The notes: generated by a model from the letters alone, not told the origin. Positions 33,876 through 46,449 are shown, counted from the whole stretch's first letter. The stretch: 62,778 nt of DNA, filler included, from Globobulimina sp. (GCA_003354225.1; 26 parts of 26 records of this genome joined end to end with filler, not necessarily neighbours in it); one strand, 5' to 3'. Translations and numbers: made by a program.

Positions 33876-36193
33876 AATAAAAGAATATGGCTATTCTTTG
33901 ATACATTACTCACTTTGGCAAGAAAAGGTAAGTGTTGATATTTTTGCATTAAATTCTGCAAGTTAGTCATACATCACATTGTAGCGCATTTCTTAGCTGA
34001 TCGATGCATTGAATTACAACAACTGAGGGACAATACACAAATTATATATGAATATATTGGGCGTTGGAATGCATATTCTGTGCTAATGAAATATAAATGT
34101 AACCGGAAACTCGCTATTTTGGCTGATGAGTACATGAATGGTATTGGGATAACATTATATGAATATTGCAAATATATTATTAAACATTTATTGAAACCAA
34201 AACGATCTTTTACACAGTTACCATTACATAGACATCAAAGAAATCAAAAAAAATGGTTAAATCACCATTATAAGAATAAGCCCATTACATATGGCTCATT
34301 CACCGCATATATTACTCCCGATAGTGATGATGATATTGATTTGAATACTTCATCGTCAGATTCATATAATTCATCATTGGCATTACAATCTGATGGTGGA
34401 TTCCGCTTAAAAATGTCAACAAAGTTAAGTTTTGCAGGGATGATGGGAAAAAAAATTGCAATGTTCAGATTAGCTCAAGATTTGACAGAATGTGTAAAGT
34501 ATCCGTTACCAATGATTTCCGCCAAACCTGTATCAGATTCAAATCTCTTTGAATGGCATGCGTGTATGGTCGGGCCTCCACAATCAAACTATGAAGATAT
34601 TGCTTTTCATTTTATTATTAATATTGGCGATAATTATCCTGTATCACCACCAGATATCAAACTTTGTTCATATTTTGAGCATCCAAATGTTTTTGGCAAG
34701 AAAATATGTTTAGATATATTGGAGGGATATATTGGTGATGAAAGTAAATATATTGGTGGCTGGTCATCGGCATATTCAATGCAAACGGTACTGGTTCAAT
34801 TGCAACAATTTCTGTTTGAGTCTGTTGATAAAACATCATATTCAAAAAATATTGACAGCTCAAATCAGAATTCGAATAAGCTTAAATGGTGGAAGTATTC
34901 AGCAACCACAATAAAAGCACGTAGAGCTGCAAAGTTATTCAAATGCAAAAAATGTGTTCATTCCGGTAATAAGCCATGGCCAAAACCATTATGTCTTGAT
35001 CATAGATGGAAATTTATGATCCCACAAATTGAAATGAATGATATTTATCAAACAAAACTGGAATTAATTAAATTCTTAGAACGCGTTCGCAATCTATGTA
35101 TCTTAAATAAATGGATTAATATAGAGCCATTAAGGCGTGGCTCTTTTTTTAATACATGTTTGTTGCCATGGCATTTGACATCAACTGTTTATATGAAAAA
35201 ATTAAAAAATTCATCGTCAAAAGTTATGTCGAAAAAACATATCAAAGTTATTCATGGTTTAATTTATCAAACGAGAGAATGGTTAGAAATGAATGAAGCA
35301 TCAATACCAAGCAAAGGCTTATTATTATTAAAAATATATCAAATTGAATCTGCCATAGATATTGCTTTGAGTCATCCATTGAATACAAACAGAAACAGGA
35401 GGAACACTGCAGACTGGTTATGGTTCAATGATGACACGAAAGTGAAGGAAGAAGAAAAAGATGCGGAAGGTGGGAAGCAATGGATGAGTTTTTCAGATGA
35501 TATATCATCACAAATTGAAGCATTATATTTAAAATGTTGGGCTGACAAAGAAGAGAAAAACCAAAAAACTAAGAAAATGGGCATTTATTATAAAGCATAT
35601 GCTCGCGATAAAAATAACAATCATTGGATTGTTGATATCATGAAAATGGAATGTCAATGCATTCAACATTCAAAAATATATAAAATAAAAAGAAAGAAAA
35701 TAAAAAGAGATATAAATGATATTTGGACTAAAATATTGAAATTAAGTTATATCGATGATGAAGGACAAGTAAATTTTGTTGATAATAAAAAGAAAAATAA
35801 TAAAATTGTTCCCTTTCCAATAATTGATTATAAAAAATATATCGGACAATGTGCATTTGTCGATTTATCATTATCAAAACTTAATGCCTTTGAACCTGGA
35901 GCTGAACCTGTCGCAGAAACAGAATATAAATTTAATGGCAATGAAGAAAACATAAATTCAAATGCAAAAAATGCAAATAAAATTAATGTTAAAATTGAAA
36001 CAAGGAATGATTTACCAAAAATTGGTGAAAACGTTATTGGCAAAATAATAAAAATTATTCGTTATGGAGTATTCATAGATATTGGCTATAAAAAAAATGC
36101 AATTTTACATATTTCACAAATAAAAGGACCAAAATATACCATGGATCATATCGTAAATGAAGCAAACGAGGAAAACCAACGAAAAATAAAACA
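33876..36193 (+). CDS. Multidomain ubiquitin-conjugating enzyme: UBC + WWE + S1; both ends truncated
   Basis: RLAQDL, NLFEWH, GPPQSNYE, YPVSPP, HPNVFGKKICLDIL (catalytic Cys); WLWFND...WMSFSDDISSQIEALY...VDIMKM (WWE); GENVIGKIIKIIRYGVFIDIGYKKNAILHISQI (S1). Confidence 0.85.
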
Positions 36194-36540
36194 NNNNNNN
36201 NNNNNNNNNNNNNNNNNNNNNNNNNNNNNNNNNNNNNTTAATTAATTAANNNNNNNNNNNNNNNNNNNNNNNNNNNNNNNNNNNNNNNNNNNNAATATGA
36301 ATCCCAAAAATATTCTGAAAAGAGTATTTTATGAAAAAATTGATCATCGAATCACAATGTCATAATGACTCATTATTATCAAATTTTTTAATTATTTGTG
36401 AATTGTTACAGATCGGAGATGAATTTCTGTTTGTTGTTTGGTTACCACCAATTTTGGTGTGTCTTTGTTTTTATACTTGGATCGTTTTGATTTATTTGGC
36501 TTGGAAATGATTGCTTAGTTCAGTTACTTTTGTTGAGTTA

Positions 36541-38456
36541 ATGTCAGCGTTTCTTTATATTGGCAGAAATCAAAATAATGAGAGCGGACTAAACAATCAT
36601 AAACACAAAATATCCAAATTGATACCATTGGATGCTTTGGGCGAGTATGGAATAGAAAAGATTTATGCAGGTAATGGCTATAATATTTATACCGACCATA
36701 AGCAACATTATTGGGCTTCTGGCGATAATAAAAATGGTCAATGTGGTATCAATAAATCACAAAAAACGATTAACACATTAACAAAAATTGATTATTTTAA
36801 AACACATAGAATTACCATAAAAAAAGTGTTTGTTAATATTTCAGGATGTTGCACGTTTTGGATATCAAATATGAACATATTATACGGGAATGGGTGGAAC
36901 AAACACAATCAACTATCAATACCTAATAACTATGCAAATGTAAACACACCAACAAAACTAATATTCAACTCATGGGCAACAAACATACTTGACATTAAAT
37001 CAGCATTTAATTATACCATTGTTTTATTAAAAAATGGTGACGTATTCTCAACCTCATTCAGTAAATACGGTGGAAACGGCCATCGGAAAAACAAATATCG
37101 CAAAAAAACAGCTAAATGTGGATTTAAACGAATTCCAATTAATACAAAGATAAAAAAAATTGCTGCTGGTTATTATCATTCTTTATTTTTGGATTGCAAT
37201 GGATTTATATGGTGCTGTGGTAAAAATAATTATGGACAGCTTGGTTTAGGGCATAACAGAAATGTCAAATTATTGACACCCATTCCATATTTCATGCGGA
37301 ATGGTATACAGATAAAGGAGATTCATTGTGGTGGTAATTATAACATTGTGTCAGGTACACCGTATATATCCTTGCGCTGCAAAACAACTCAAACAAAATA
37401 TCATGTGATCTGCACATTATTTATATCTTAGATGTGAACGATGAAATATATGCATGGGGCGCCAATAATTGTGGTCAATGCGGTGTGGGACATACAGAGA
37501 ACGTCAATAAACCGCAACGAATATTATTAAAAGATAAGATTAAATATATTAAATGTGGCCGAAATCATTGTTATCTTGGTACTGATCGAAAAAATTACTT
37601 ATTCGGAAATAATTATTGGAATCAATGCATTGTGTCAAGAGAAAAAGTAATAAAACAACCAACTTTAATGAGAAAACAGGTACAAAATGTATATTTAGGA
37701 TGTGATAATACGACATTAATAGTGGATAAATATGATGATGAAAAAAAAGAATGTACCTATTATAATACAGCAAAAGAAATATTAAAACAGCAATTTGCAT
37801 CAATACCAAAGGAGTCATTTACTGAGAATGGAAACCGTTGTTATTGCGAACAATGTCATACTAAAAGAGGCGATGGAGTCATTTATAAACGTGGCAAACC
37901 ACGAAAGCCATATGCTTTACCGATTGGGTTTGCACGTTTTGGTTTGAGAGTAGATGATGGCTTTTGTAAAATGCATAACGCATTTGAGGAATGGCACGCT
38001 TGTTACCATGGCACAAAACAGGAGACTGTGCCAAAGATTTTCGAAGGGCGGATGACATTGTTAAAGCCTGGAGATGTTGCCATTGGTGGCAGTCAGCTAA
38101 GTACTCGAGATGGTCATATACGAAAAACACATAAAAGATGGAATAAATATTCTCAAAAACATGAAATGTTTGATCCAAATCAAATCTATGTATCTCCGTC
38201 AGTTAAATATGCGTCGCATGAGGTTTATGCAAAATGGATTACATGCAAACATCCATTAAATCATAAAATCATCAAAGTACAATTTGTATTTCAATGTCGT
38301 ATACGTCCCGGATCCTATGATATTGGGCAAGAAACAATTGGTGCGACAAGGAATGGATTGATTTTGGATGAAAATTTTTCAAATGATGAGGTGGAATGGT
38401 ATACAAAGGAAAGTGTTGGTATTATATTACATGGATTGTTGCTGAGATTTAAGTGA
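36541..38456 (+). CDS. RCC1 beta-propeller fused to a NEURL4-type ADP-ribosyltransferase domain; intron 37355-37431
   Basis: RCC1 blades (GDNKNGQCG, AAGYYHSLFL, GKNNYGQLGLG, WGANNCGQCG); CYCEQCH; YALPIGFARFGL, YHGT, IYVSPSVKYA, FQCRIRPGSY, EVEWY. Confidence 0.85.
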
Positions 38457-38870
38457 TATAAAAATAAAAATTTAAAAAAGTGAAAGTTTGTACTTTGTAG
38501 TTTATCCTCTCGCGATGGCTGTTATCACCGTCGCAAATAATTTTCTATTATCATATTACTATTTTACGATATTAAACTTGCCAAAATCGCGACATACTTC
38601 CCAAAATTTCTNNNNNNNNNNNNNNNNNNNNNNNNNNNNNNNNNNNNNNNNNNNNTTAATTAATTAANNNNNNNNNNNNNNNNNNNNNNNNNNNNNNNNN
38701 NNNNNNNNNNNGAACAAGGTTATCACGTACCTCATGAATGTGAAAACTGGAACCGACAAAGACATCATCATCACCGTTTATTCTTCGTTTTACGAAGGTA
38801 TTGAGCATATATAAAGGTAAAAGTTAAGAAATATAGAAATAGTCAAACAACAAATCACAATACATATAAA

Positions 38871-41028
38871 CTACAGAGAGGCATATATAGAAAACGAGCT
38901 AAATTTCTTTTCAATGATCAATTTATAAAGTGCTTTTTTAAAATTAACAAATGGCAGCTGTAATATTTCCTTTCCCAGAATGTTTGCAAATCGGCTGATT
39001 TTCCAACTAATCGATCGTTCACCAAATTTGTTCTTATTACCAAAAATAGGCTCCTTATAGACTAGATGTTCTTTAGAACGTCCTCTTCGATTTCCAATAT
39101 CTGTATTTAAATTTTCCACAATATATGATGGCATTTTGTTTGGGCAGTTTATTGACTTCCAGACTAGAGTTCCGAGTCGTAGAAGATACAGTTCATCAAT
39201 GGTAATCCAGTTCAATTCTCTGATTAATGGCAGAGCCGTGGTTCGCCGAGTAGAGTTGGTGACAAACCGAGCAGCCCAATTTTGAAGTCTTTGTAGGCGC
39301 TGCCGGTTTTCTTTAGATGTATTCAGAAAAACCAAATCACAGTGGTTTAGTTGGCTTAAAACAAGAGATTGGGCGAGTGACTTTCGAAATTTTCTTGACA
39401 AACAACGTTTAATTCGGCACAATTGATATAAAATTATAGCCATGCGTCCACATATAATGTTCACATGTTTGTTGAATGATAGTGATGGTTCAAAATAAAC
39501 ACCAAGACTTTTGATAGAATCGGTAGAGGGTGCCAATACAGTATTTGAAAGTTCAATTTCGAAATCGATTTTCTTCACTAAAGGACGGCTGCCACATATC
39601 ATCAATTCAGTCTTGTCCGGATTAAGCTTGAGACAATTATCCTTTGCCCACAATAATATAGATGCCATGTCATCAGCAATTTGGTTTGATGCAATTTGAG
39701 CAGAGTTTGGAGTAAAAGGTAGCACAAGTTGAGTGTCATCAGCATATTGTCTCATTTTTGTAAACTGAGTAACATGAGGTAAGTCGGCAGTGTATAACAA
39801 GAACAAAAGGGGTCCCAGGACTGAACCCTGTGGAACGCCAGAAGAAATAATACATTCAGAGGACATTGTTCCATTGACATTTGTTCTTTGCACACGTTTC
39901 GATAGGTATGATTTAAACCAGGCAACATTTACCACACCATACTTCTTCAATTTATCAATTAAAATTTTATGACTCAAAGTGTCAAAAGCCTTCGAATAAT
40001 CTAACAGGACCAGGGCAGACAATTTTCGTTGACTCATTTCACGGAAAATTTGGTCAGTTAAATCAAGAAGAGCCATACAGCAACTATGTCCTTTTCTGAA
40101 GCCAGATTGATGTTCAGGAAGTAAAACATTTGATTCCAAGTAGGTAGTTAGTTGGTCTGCAACAACTCTTTCAAAGATTTTGCTACATATATTTAGCAAT
40201 GAGATAGGACGGTAACTTCCAACATGATCTTTAGGCCCAGATTTGTACAAAGGACTTACAATAGTTCTTTTCCAGCAGTCGGGAAAAACGTTCGATTTGA
40301 GTGAATCATTTATTAGGTTGGTCAGAGGAAGAGTAATGGCAGGAATAGCCATTTTAAGGAAATCGGCAGATACACCATCTTCACCTGGACAATTATTGGG
40401 CAAGGAGGAAATTATTCGCTTTACTTGATAAATTGTAACAGGTTGAAACAAAAACGTACTGTCAACAGTAGGCACATGTTTGAGATATTCAAGAGGGTCA
40501 ATTGGGAGACCTTCTCTAACAGTTGTAGCTGTCGTTAACCCAACATTTGCGAAAAAGTCATTCATATTATCAGCAACAGTCTTTGGATCTTCCTTACAAG
40601 GAATGGGCGCCTTTTCTTTCTTCCTGTTGCATAAAGAATTGAGAATATTCCATTGCTTTTTTGGCTTTGGTTGTTGTGCCAATTCGTTTCTATAATACTG
40701 TTCTTTCGCTTGGCGGCGCAGCCTTTGTTCTGTTCGTTTTGTTTCCTTGTATAAATTATTGTAGAGGTCGATTTGCTCAGCAACAAATGGTGGCAGTGGA
40801 TTTCCTATGTTGCAAAGCCGTTTTAATTCACGATGATAGAAGTTTTTGGTACTTTGCAATTTTTTAATATCCAAACGATCTTTTATCCATGGCTGTGCTG
40901 GCCGTTTGAATGTCTTTGTCTCAAGTGGTGCTAATAAATCGATTGTCTCACCAATAATCCTTTGTAGAACTTTTGCTTTCTCATTGACAGGTAAGGACTC
41001 ATCATAATTGACAAAACGTGCAAAAAGT
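38871..41028 (-). mobile_element. Non-LTR retrotransposon ORF2 (CR1/L2-like reverse transcriptase), 5' truncated
   Basis: PGEDG, YRPISLL, QSGFR, LDYSKAFD, GVPQGSVLGPLLF, YADD, LNPDKTE, SLGV, LQRLQNWAARFV; open reading frame. Confidence 0.95.
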
Positions 41029-41128
41029 NNNNNNNNNNNNNNNNNNNNNNNNNNNNNNNNNNNNNNNNNNNNTTAATTAATTAANNNNNNNNNNNNNNNN
41101 NNNNNNNNNNNNNNNNNNNNNNNNNNNN

Positions 41129-43445
41129 TGATTGGTAAGCCCAATTCATCCAAGGTGCCCGTTTTGAGGCGGAGTGACGACGCGGAGAACATTATATTGC
41201 CACTGTCGTAACTCAGATTTTTAGATAAATCACCTTCGAAATAACGACCACTATGTTTTATTTCGTGTTGTGTGTTTGTTTGTGAATTTTATTATTTTAT
41301 GGAAAATTCATATAAATTAACAGTCGAGAGGTGATCATTGGTGACACCAATGACAGGATCATGTTCATTGTTACATTCATTGTTTAGGTGTGTTGGCGTG
41401 CACTGTGTAGCAGAATTTGTAATGGTTGGGTTCGAACGCTTTACGGTGTTGCCATGGTCAAAAAGCATTTAAAAAAGCTTAAAGTAGAAAATGTTTATAA
41501 ATCAAATTAATCCTCTAAACAATTAATCCTTCAAAACTTACCCTTTTCTAAACAATTAATCCTCCCTATTTTAAATAAATCTTTTCCACACACAATCGTA
41601 ATATTATAATTCATCAACAACATGCTTTATTTCATTGGGTCTAATGAGTATGGTGAATTTGGTGATGGTGATACAAAAGATATAAAACAATTAAGTGCAC
41701 CAAATTGGAACCAAAACCTACGAATTTCACAGATTTATAATGGATATGAATTCAGTATTTATCAAGATTCAAACAATATATTTTATTCTGCTGGACATAA
41801 TAAATATGGATCATGTATTCAAGAAAAGAAAGAAAATAAAATGATCAAATCATTACAAGGAATCGCAATTAAATCCATATTTTGTAATCCAGTCTCATTG
41901 CATGGATTTATACTAACAAAAGAGAATAAATTATATGGATTTGGGCAGAATGAGTATGGACAATTAGGTGACGGTACATTTACTACATTATCAAATAAAT
42001 ATACATTAACAGAGATACAATTCAATCATGGCATTATTAAAGATATTAAATGTTCTGAGAATTATTCATTATTATTAACAATGTCTGGCGATGTTTATGC
42101 CACTGATTATTCTGAGTATGGTGGTAATGGACAAAAAGTAAAAAATAATAGATGGAATTGTATCGAATGGACAACAGACGGATGGTTTACAAATGCAAAG
42201 CATAAACTTACAAATATTGCAAAAATTGCCAGTGGTTACGGACATTCTCTTTGTTTAGATTCAAATGGTAATGTATTATCATTTGGATATAATAGTTGGG
42301 GTCAATTAGGATTAGGTACAGAAGATAGTAATTCACATAGTAAACCAACAGTAATTCCATTCAAGGTTTCTGTCATTGATATTTTTCTGTCATTTGTCAT
42401 TGATATTTGTTGTGGTAGTTTTCATTCAATTTTATTATGTTCCAATGGCAATATATATACATTTGGATGCAATGATGATGGTGAATGTGGTCATGGATAT
42501 TCAGGTGAAGCAATAACAAGACCTAAAAAAGTGGATAGTTTGAAATATATAAAAATAAAACAGATATTATGTGGTTCTTCTCATTCCGCCGCAATCACTG
42601 CAAATAATGAAATATATCTCTTTGGATTTAATAATTATAATCAATGTATAATACCCACATACGATGCATCAACAGATGAACCAATTATTATTAATAAATA
42701 TATTGAAAAAACATATAAGAAACAAGTGATTGCCATAACTCTTGGATGGGAGAACACAAAGATATTATTATCAGATAACAAAAATTTTAAAGCAAATATT
42801 GAAGAAAAAGAGGTATTTGATGTTTTTGTTATATACAAATTTATAGCTAAACATTTAAAAAATGTGTTTTTAGATTGAAACAAATGCCGTTCAATGTTGG
42901 CTGCGAAATGTGGTACAATTGCCAGAATATTATGGCTTATTTAAAGAGAATGGATTTGAGACAATGCGAGATATCAAAAGGATGACAAACAATGATTTGC
43001 AAGCCATCAGGATAAAAAAATTAGGACATAGAAAAAGGATAAGACACGAAATAATTCTTCTCAACAATAATAACAAAGCACCTTATAAAGTAAATAAAAG
43101 ACCAAAGGATGATATGAGTGATGCTGATGATGAGGGTATGTATGTATGTAATTGATTAATTATATTCATATTATATATATTTTTGTACACAGACATGAAG
43201 AATGAGGCAAATATAGTTTCGAATGTGTTGGTTTTATTGATTGGTATCTCAGAATATGATTGGTATCAAAACCTAATGGGTGTACCCACCGATATTAATA
43301 ATTATCGCCGTGATACGGATAGTTAGTGATTGGTAAGCCCAATTCATCCAAGGTGCCCGTTTTGAGGCGGAGTGACGACGCGGAGAACATTATATTGCCA
43401 CTGTCGTAACTCAGATTTTTAGATAAATCACCTTCGAAATAACGA
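41129..43445. repeat. 119-bp identical terminal repeat (41129-41247 = 43327-43445); contig closes into a 2198-bp loop
   Basis: Exact match TGATTGGTAAGCCCAATTC...CACCTTCGAAATAACGA at both contig ends. Confidence 0.95.
41622..43326 (+). CDS. RCC1 repeats + SAM + start of a caspase-like (C14) domain; introns 42813-42873 and 43136-43192
   Basis: RCC1 blades (FGQNEYGQLG, ASGYGHSLCL, CCGSFHSILL); WLRNVVQLPEYYGLFKENGF...IKKLGHRKRI (SAM); NVLVLLIGISEY...LMGVPTD, then a stop. Confidence 0.8.
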
Positions 43446-44446
43446 NNNNNNNNNNNNNNNNNNNNNNNNNNNNNNNNNNNNNNNNNNNNTTAATTAATTA
43501 ANNNNNNNNNNNNNNNNNNNNNNNNNNNNNNNNNNNNNNNNNNNNTTTTGGAATACATTTCTTGATATAAATTACATGGATCTTTCAGATTTGCATATTG
43601 GTTCATGCCAATTTCTTCAACTTTTGAAGGGGTCATAAACCGTGTAACTCCCGAAGTTGCTGCTAAATTACCAATGTACACAGTTAATATCATCATATTG
43701 TGATCGATAATATTTAATTTGATGTTCCATTCTGTCCCTTCCTGTCATCAATGGACGCATTCGAATTAAATTCATAATGCTTTTAATTTTATAATCTTTA
43801 TAATTATAAATTATAATCTGCTGTGCTTATATTTAATTTGTGTTATAATGTTTGACAATATTTGGAAATAAAGTGATGGCAACACCACCTGGCCATGGAT
43901 AGTTATGTGATGCTACAATAACACCATACCACGGTGTACAATATTTTATATAATACAGTGTAATGGAATGATGTTGAGTTTACTCTGTGAATTATTCAGT
44001 ATCTATTCAATAATAATATTATTGATTTTATATTATTATCTTTGGAATTAATATAATATATTATTCTCAATTCATTCATCTGTTGAGGCTGCCTCAGGGA
44101 TTGAACCTGAATCTTCTGGATCCATACATCCAGTGCTCTACTTGAGCTAGGCGACAATCCATATGCATACCAATTAAATGCCGTCATTCTCGTCATACTT
44201 ACTTACAGAGTGAAGCAGTCAAAAGTTAGTGACAATAGAAAATTTAAATGTTGATTCATTAAATGAACTAAAAGCAAAAACTCTAATACAAACAACTCAA
44301 AAGACAAGCAAAATGACAGAACATCATATTTCCAACAGTGCAAAATTGATAAGTTGTTTTATAACACAATAACAAAAAAAAAAGAAAGGATGCGAACAAT
44401 ACAGAATTACAGAAACCAGCAATCAAAAATATGCTTTATTTTCAAT

Positions 44447-45862
44447 TTAAGAGCCTTTTGGTTTTTTATATTGTTTATGTATTTTTTTATGTTGAAATGA
44501 TTTCCATGATTTTAGAACATTGTCATCAAATAAATCCTGAGCAATAATTGGTTTTATATCTGCTACATTTGCAATTAATAAATTATGCTGTTTTTGGCAG
44601 TTAACAAACCATTGTTTTTCTTGTATTGTCAACTCAAACTCAGCCAAGTTTTGAAATCTTCGATTGTGTCGGACTGCGGCTGCGCTATTTCTGCGCAAAT
44701 CTGTTCTCGATTCGTCATTTAATCGCCAATCATCTTCATCATCAAAGCCACCCTCAACGCTCCAACCCGAAGAATCATCATCGTCTTCATCACCATCACT
44801 GTCACTGTCACTGTCGTACGATCCGTCGCTGTCATCTGACCCCTCGCTGTCATCAGAGCCATCACTCTCACTCTCATCCGAATCAATATCCTCATCCTCA
44901 TCCATATCCATATCCTCATTGTCCTCGGCCTCTTTTTTACTTTTCCCATTTTCTAGTTTCTTCTCCTTAATTTCTCCGTTATTCACGTGCACTTTTCTCA
45001 TTTCTTTATTATTCATTTTCGAATTCGACTTATCGCTTTCTTTTATGTTGCTGTTTTGTATGGATTTTTTTAATGATTTCTTTTTCACTGATTTTTGTTT
45101 ATCAAAATTCCTTTTTTTACTGCTCTTTTTTTTGCCTCTTATTTTCTTATTTTTATTAGTATTCGCGTTGCTATTCTCTGTTTTTATGATTCTCTTTTTT
45201 GTTTCTAGTTTGTTAGTATTGTTATTATAATCTTTTGATTGTTGCGACGTCGACGTATTTGCATTTGTACTTCGATTAGAATGGGAATGGGAATGTGAAT
45301 TGGAATTGGAATTAGAATAAAAGACATATTGCTGCAGAAATTCTTTGACTTGTTGTAAATGTTGGAATTCCTGCGGGAGACTAAATTTTGTATTGCGATT
45401 AGAGGCCGCCAAATCGGCTCTTTTTTTTGCAAATTGCTTTTCAACTCTTTTAATGACGTCTTGATTTACGCGAAATGCATCCCGCGAATACTGAGATTGG
45501 TCAAAGCCCGCTGACCACGAATTTGAATGCGATCTACGCGCAAAGTGTTTACCCAAAGCTTCATTCTGTTTAAAAAAGGGATAGATTGATTTTAATTGGG
45601 GGTCCGATGGATTTATGCGACAATAATATTGCTGGAAGGATTTGAATAGATTGGTTTGCTTAAATAGGGAGACAAAGGAGGGGTTGTTACCATTGTCATG
45701 GTCATGGATTAGATTTGTGTTTTGCGCAATAAATAATAATTTGGTGATGACAGCAAACATAGTGCGAAATGCCTGCAATATCACATCCCGCGAGACAGTG
45801 CCATCGGGCATAGTTAGTACGCGCGCCAAAGCATGGATGCTGTCTCGCAAATTCTCTTCCAA
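44447..45862 (-). CDS. Hypothetical protein with Lys-rich and Asp/Ser-rich low-complexity tracts, 5' truncated
   Basis: 471-codon ORF with SNSHSH, KK-rich and DSDSD runs; no domain recognised. Confidence 0.6.
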   Translation of the reverse strand: MEENLRDSIHALARVLTMPDGTVSRDVILQAFRTMFAVITKLLFIAQNTNLIHDHDNGNNPSFVSLFKQTNLFKSFQQYYCRINPSDPQLKSIYPFFKQNEALGKHFARRSHSNSWSAGFDQSQYSRDAFRVNQDVIKRVEKQFAKKRADLAASNRNTKFSLPQEFQHLQQVKEFLQQYVFYSNSNSNSHSHSHSNRSTNANTSTSQQSKDYNNNTNKLETKKRIIKTENSNANTNKNKKIRGKKKSSKKRNFDKQKSVKKKSLKKSIQNSNIKESDKSNSKMNNKEMRKVHVNNGEIKEKKLENGKSKKEAEDNEDMDMDEDEDIDSDESESDGSDDSEGSDDSDGSYDSDSDSDGDEDDDDSSGWSVEGGFDDEDDWRLNDESRTDLRRNSAAAVRHNRRFQNLAEFELTIQEKQWFVNCQKQHNLLIANVADIKPIIAQDLFDDNVLKSWKSFQHKKIHKQYKKPKGS

Positions 45863-45962
45863 NNNNNNNNNNNNNNNNNNNNNNNNNNNNNNNNNNNNNN
45901 NNNNNNTTAATTAATTAANNNNNNNNNNNNNNNNNNNNNNNNNNNNNNNNNNNNNNNNNNNN

Positions 45963-46151
45963 GCCGGCGACTAATAATACAATGGAAGTGACAGCGTATG
46001 TGTTGGTGAATAATTTAGGTGCCTTTTCTTTGCGAGACTGGACATAGCCTCCCCATGAAACCAAGATAAGCAAAACAATCTGGACGAAGGATAGAAAAAG
46101 ATAAAACATGTTAACTGCCGTCAAGGGCACACAGAGACTGTTCGTGCCCAT
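45963..46151 (-). CDS. N-terminus of a multipass membrane protein
   Basis: Two hydrophobic helices before the contig end. Confidence 0.45.
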
Positions 46152-46449
46152 GGCTTGTAAAGTTCAAGAGTAGAAAACGTTTTTTGGCTGCATCAAAACA
46201 ATTAACTAGATATATATAGCGCCTAGATTGGATTTTTAAACTACGATAGCAGTTTCTATGCGAAACATCTATGTAACATATGCATATGCACAATAAACCG
46301 TAACATAAAATTCTTCTTAAAACTCACTAAAAACACGATGAATATAATAAATAATAATTAACTAATAATAAAAAACGAATAAAAATTAATCAATTGATAC
46401 AACATAACAAACAACTAATGCATGTTTAACAAATCACCACAATCAATAT

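Noticed and set aside
38871-41028. Retron, DGR or group II intron RT partnering the structured RNA at 4843-5323
   Set aside because: Motifs and C-terminal region are those of a eukaryotic non-LTR retrotransposon, and it lies on an unrelated contig.
33876-43445. A physically clustered defence island (E2-WWE-S1, RCC1-ART, RT, RCC1-SAM-caspase)
   Set aside because: Each gene is on a separate contig; adjacency reflects sorting by length only.
43546-44200. Ionotropic glutamate receptor M3 (LTVYIGNLAAT resembles SYTANLAAF)
   Set aside because: No flanking TM helices or ligand-binding segments, and the frames I translated are broken by stops; likely chance or decayed sequence.
44626-45230. His-rich and Ser/Phe-rich plus-strand ORFs (and similar antisense ORFs throughout the track)
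   Set aside because: Shadow frames of low-complexity coding sequence on the opposite strand.
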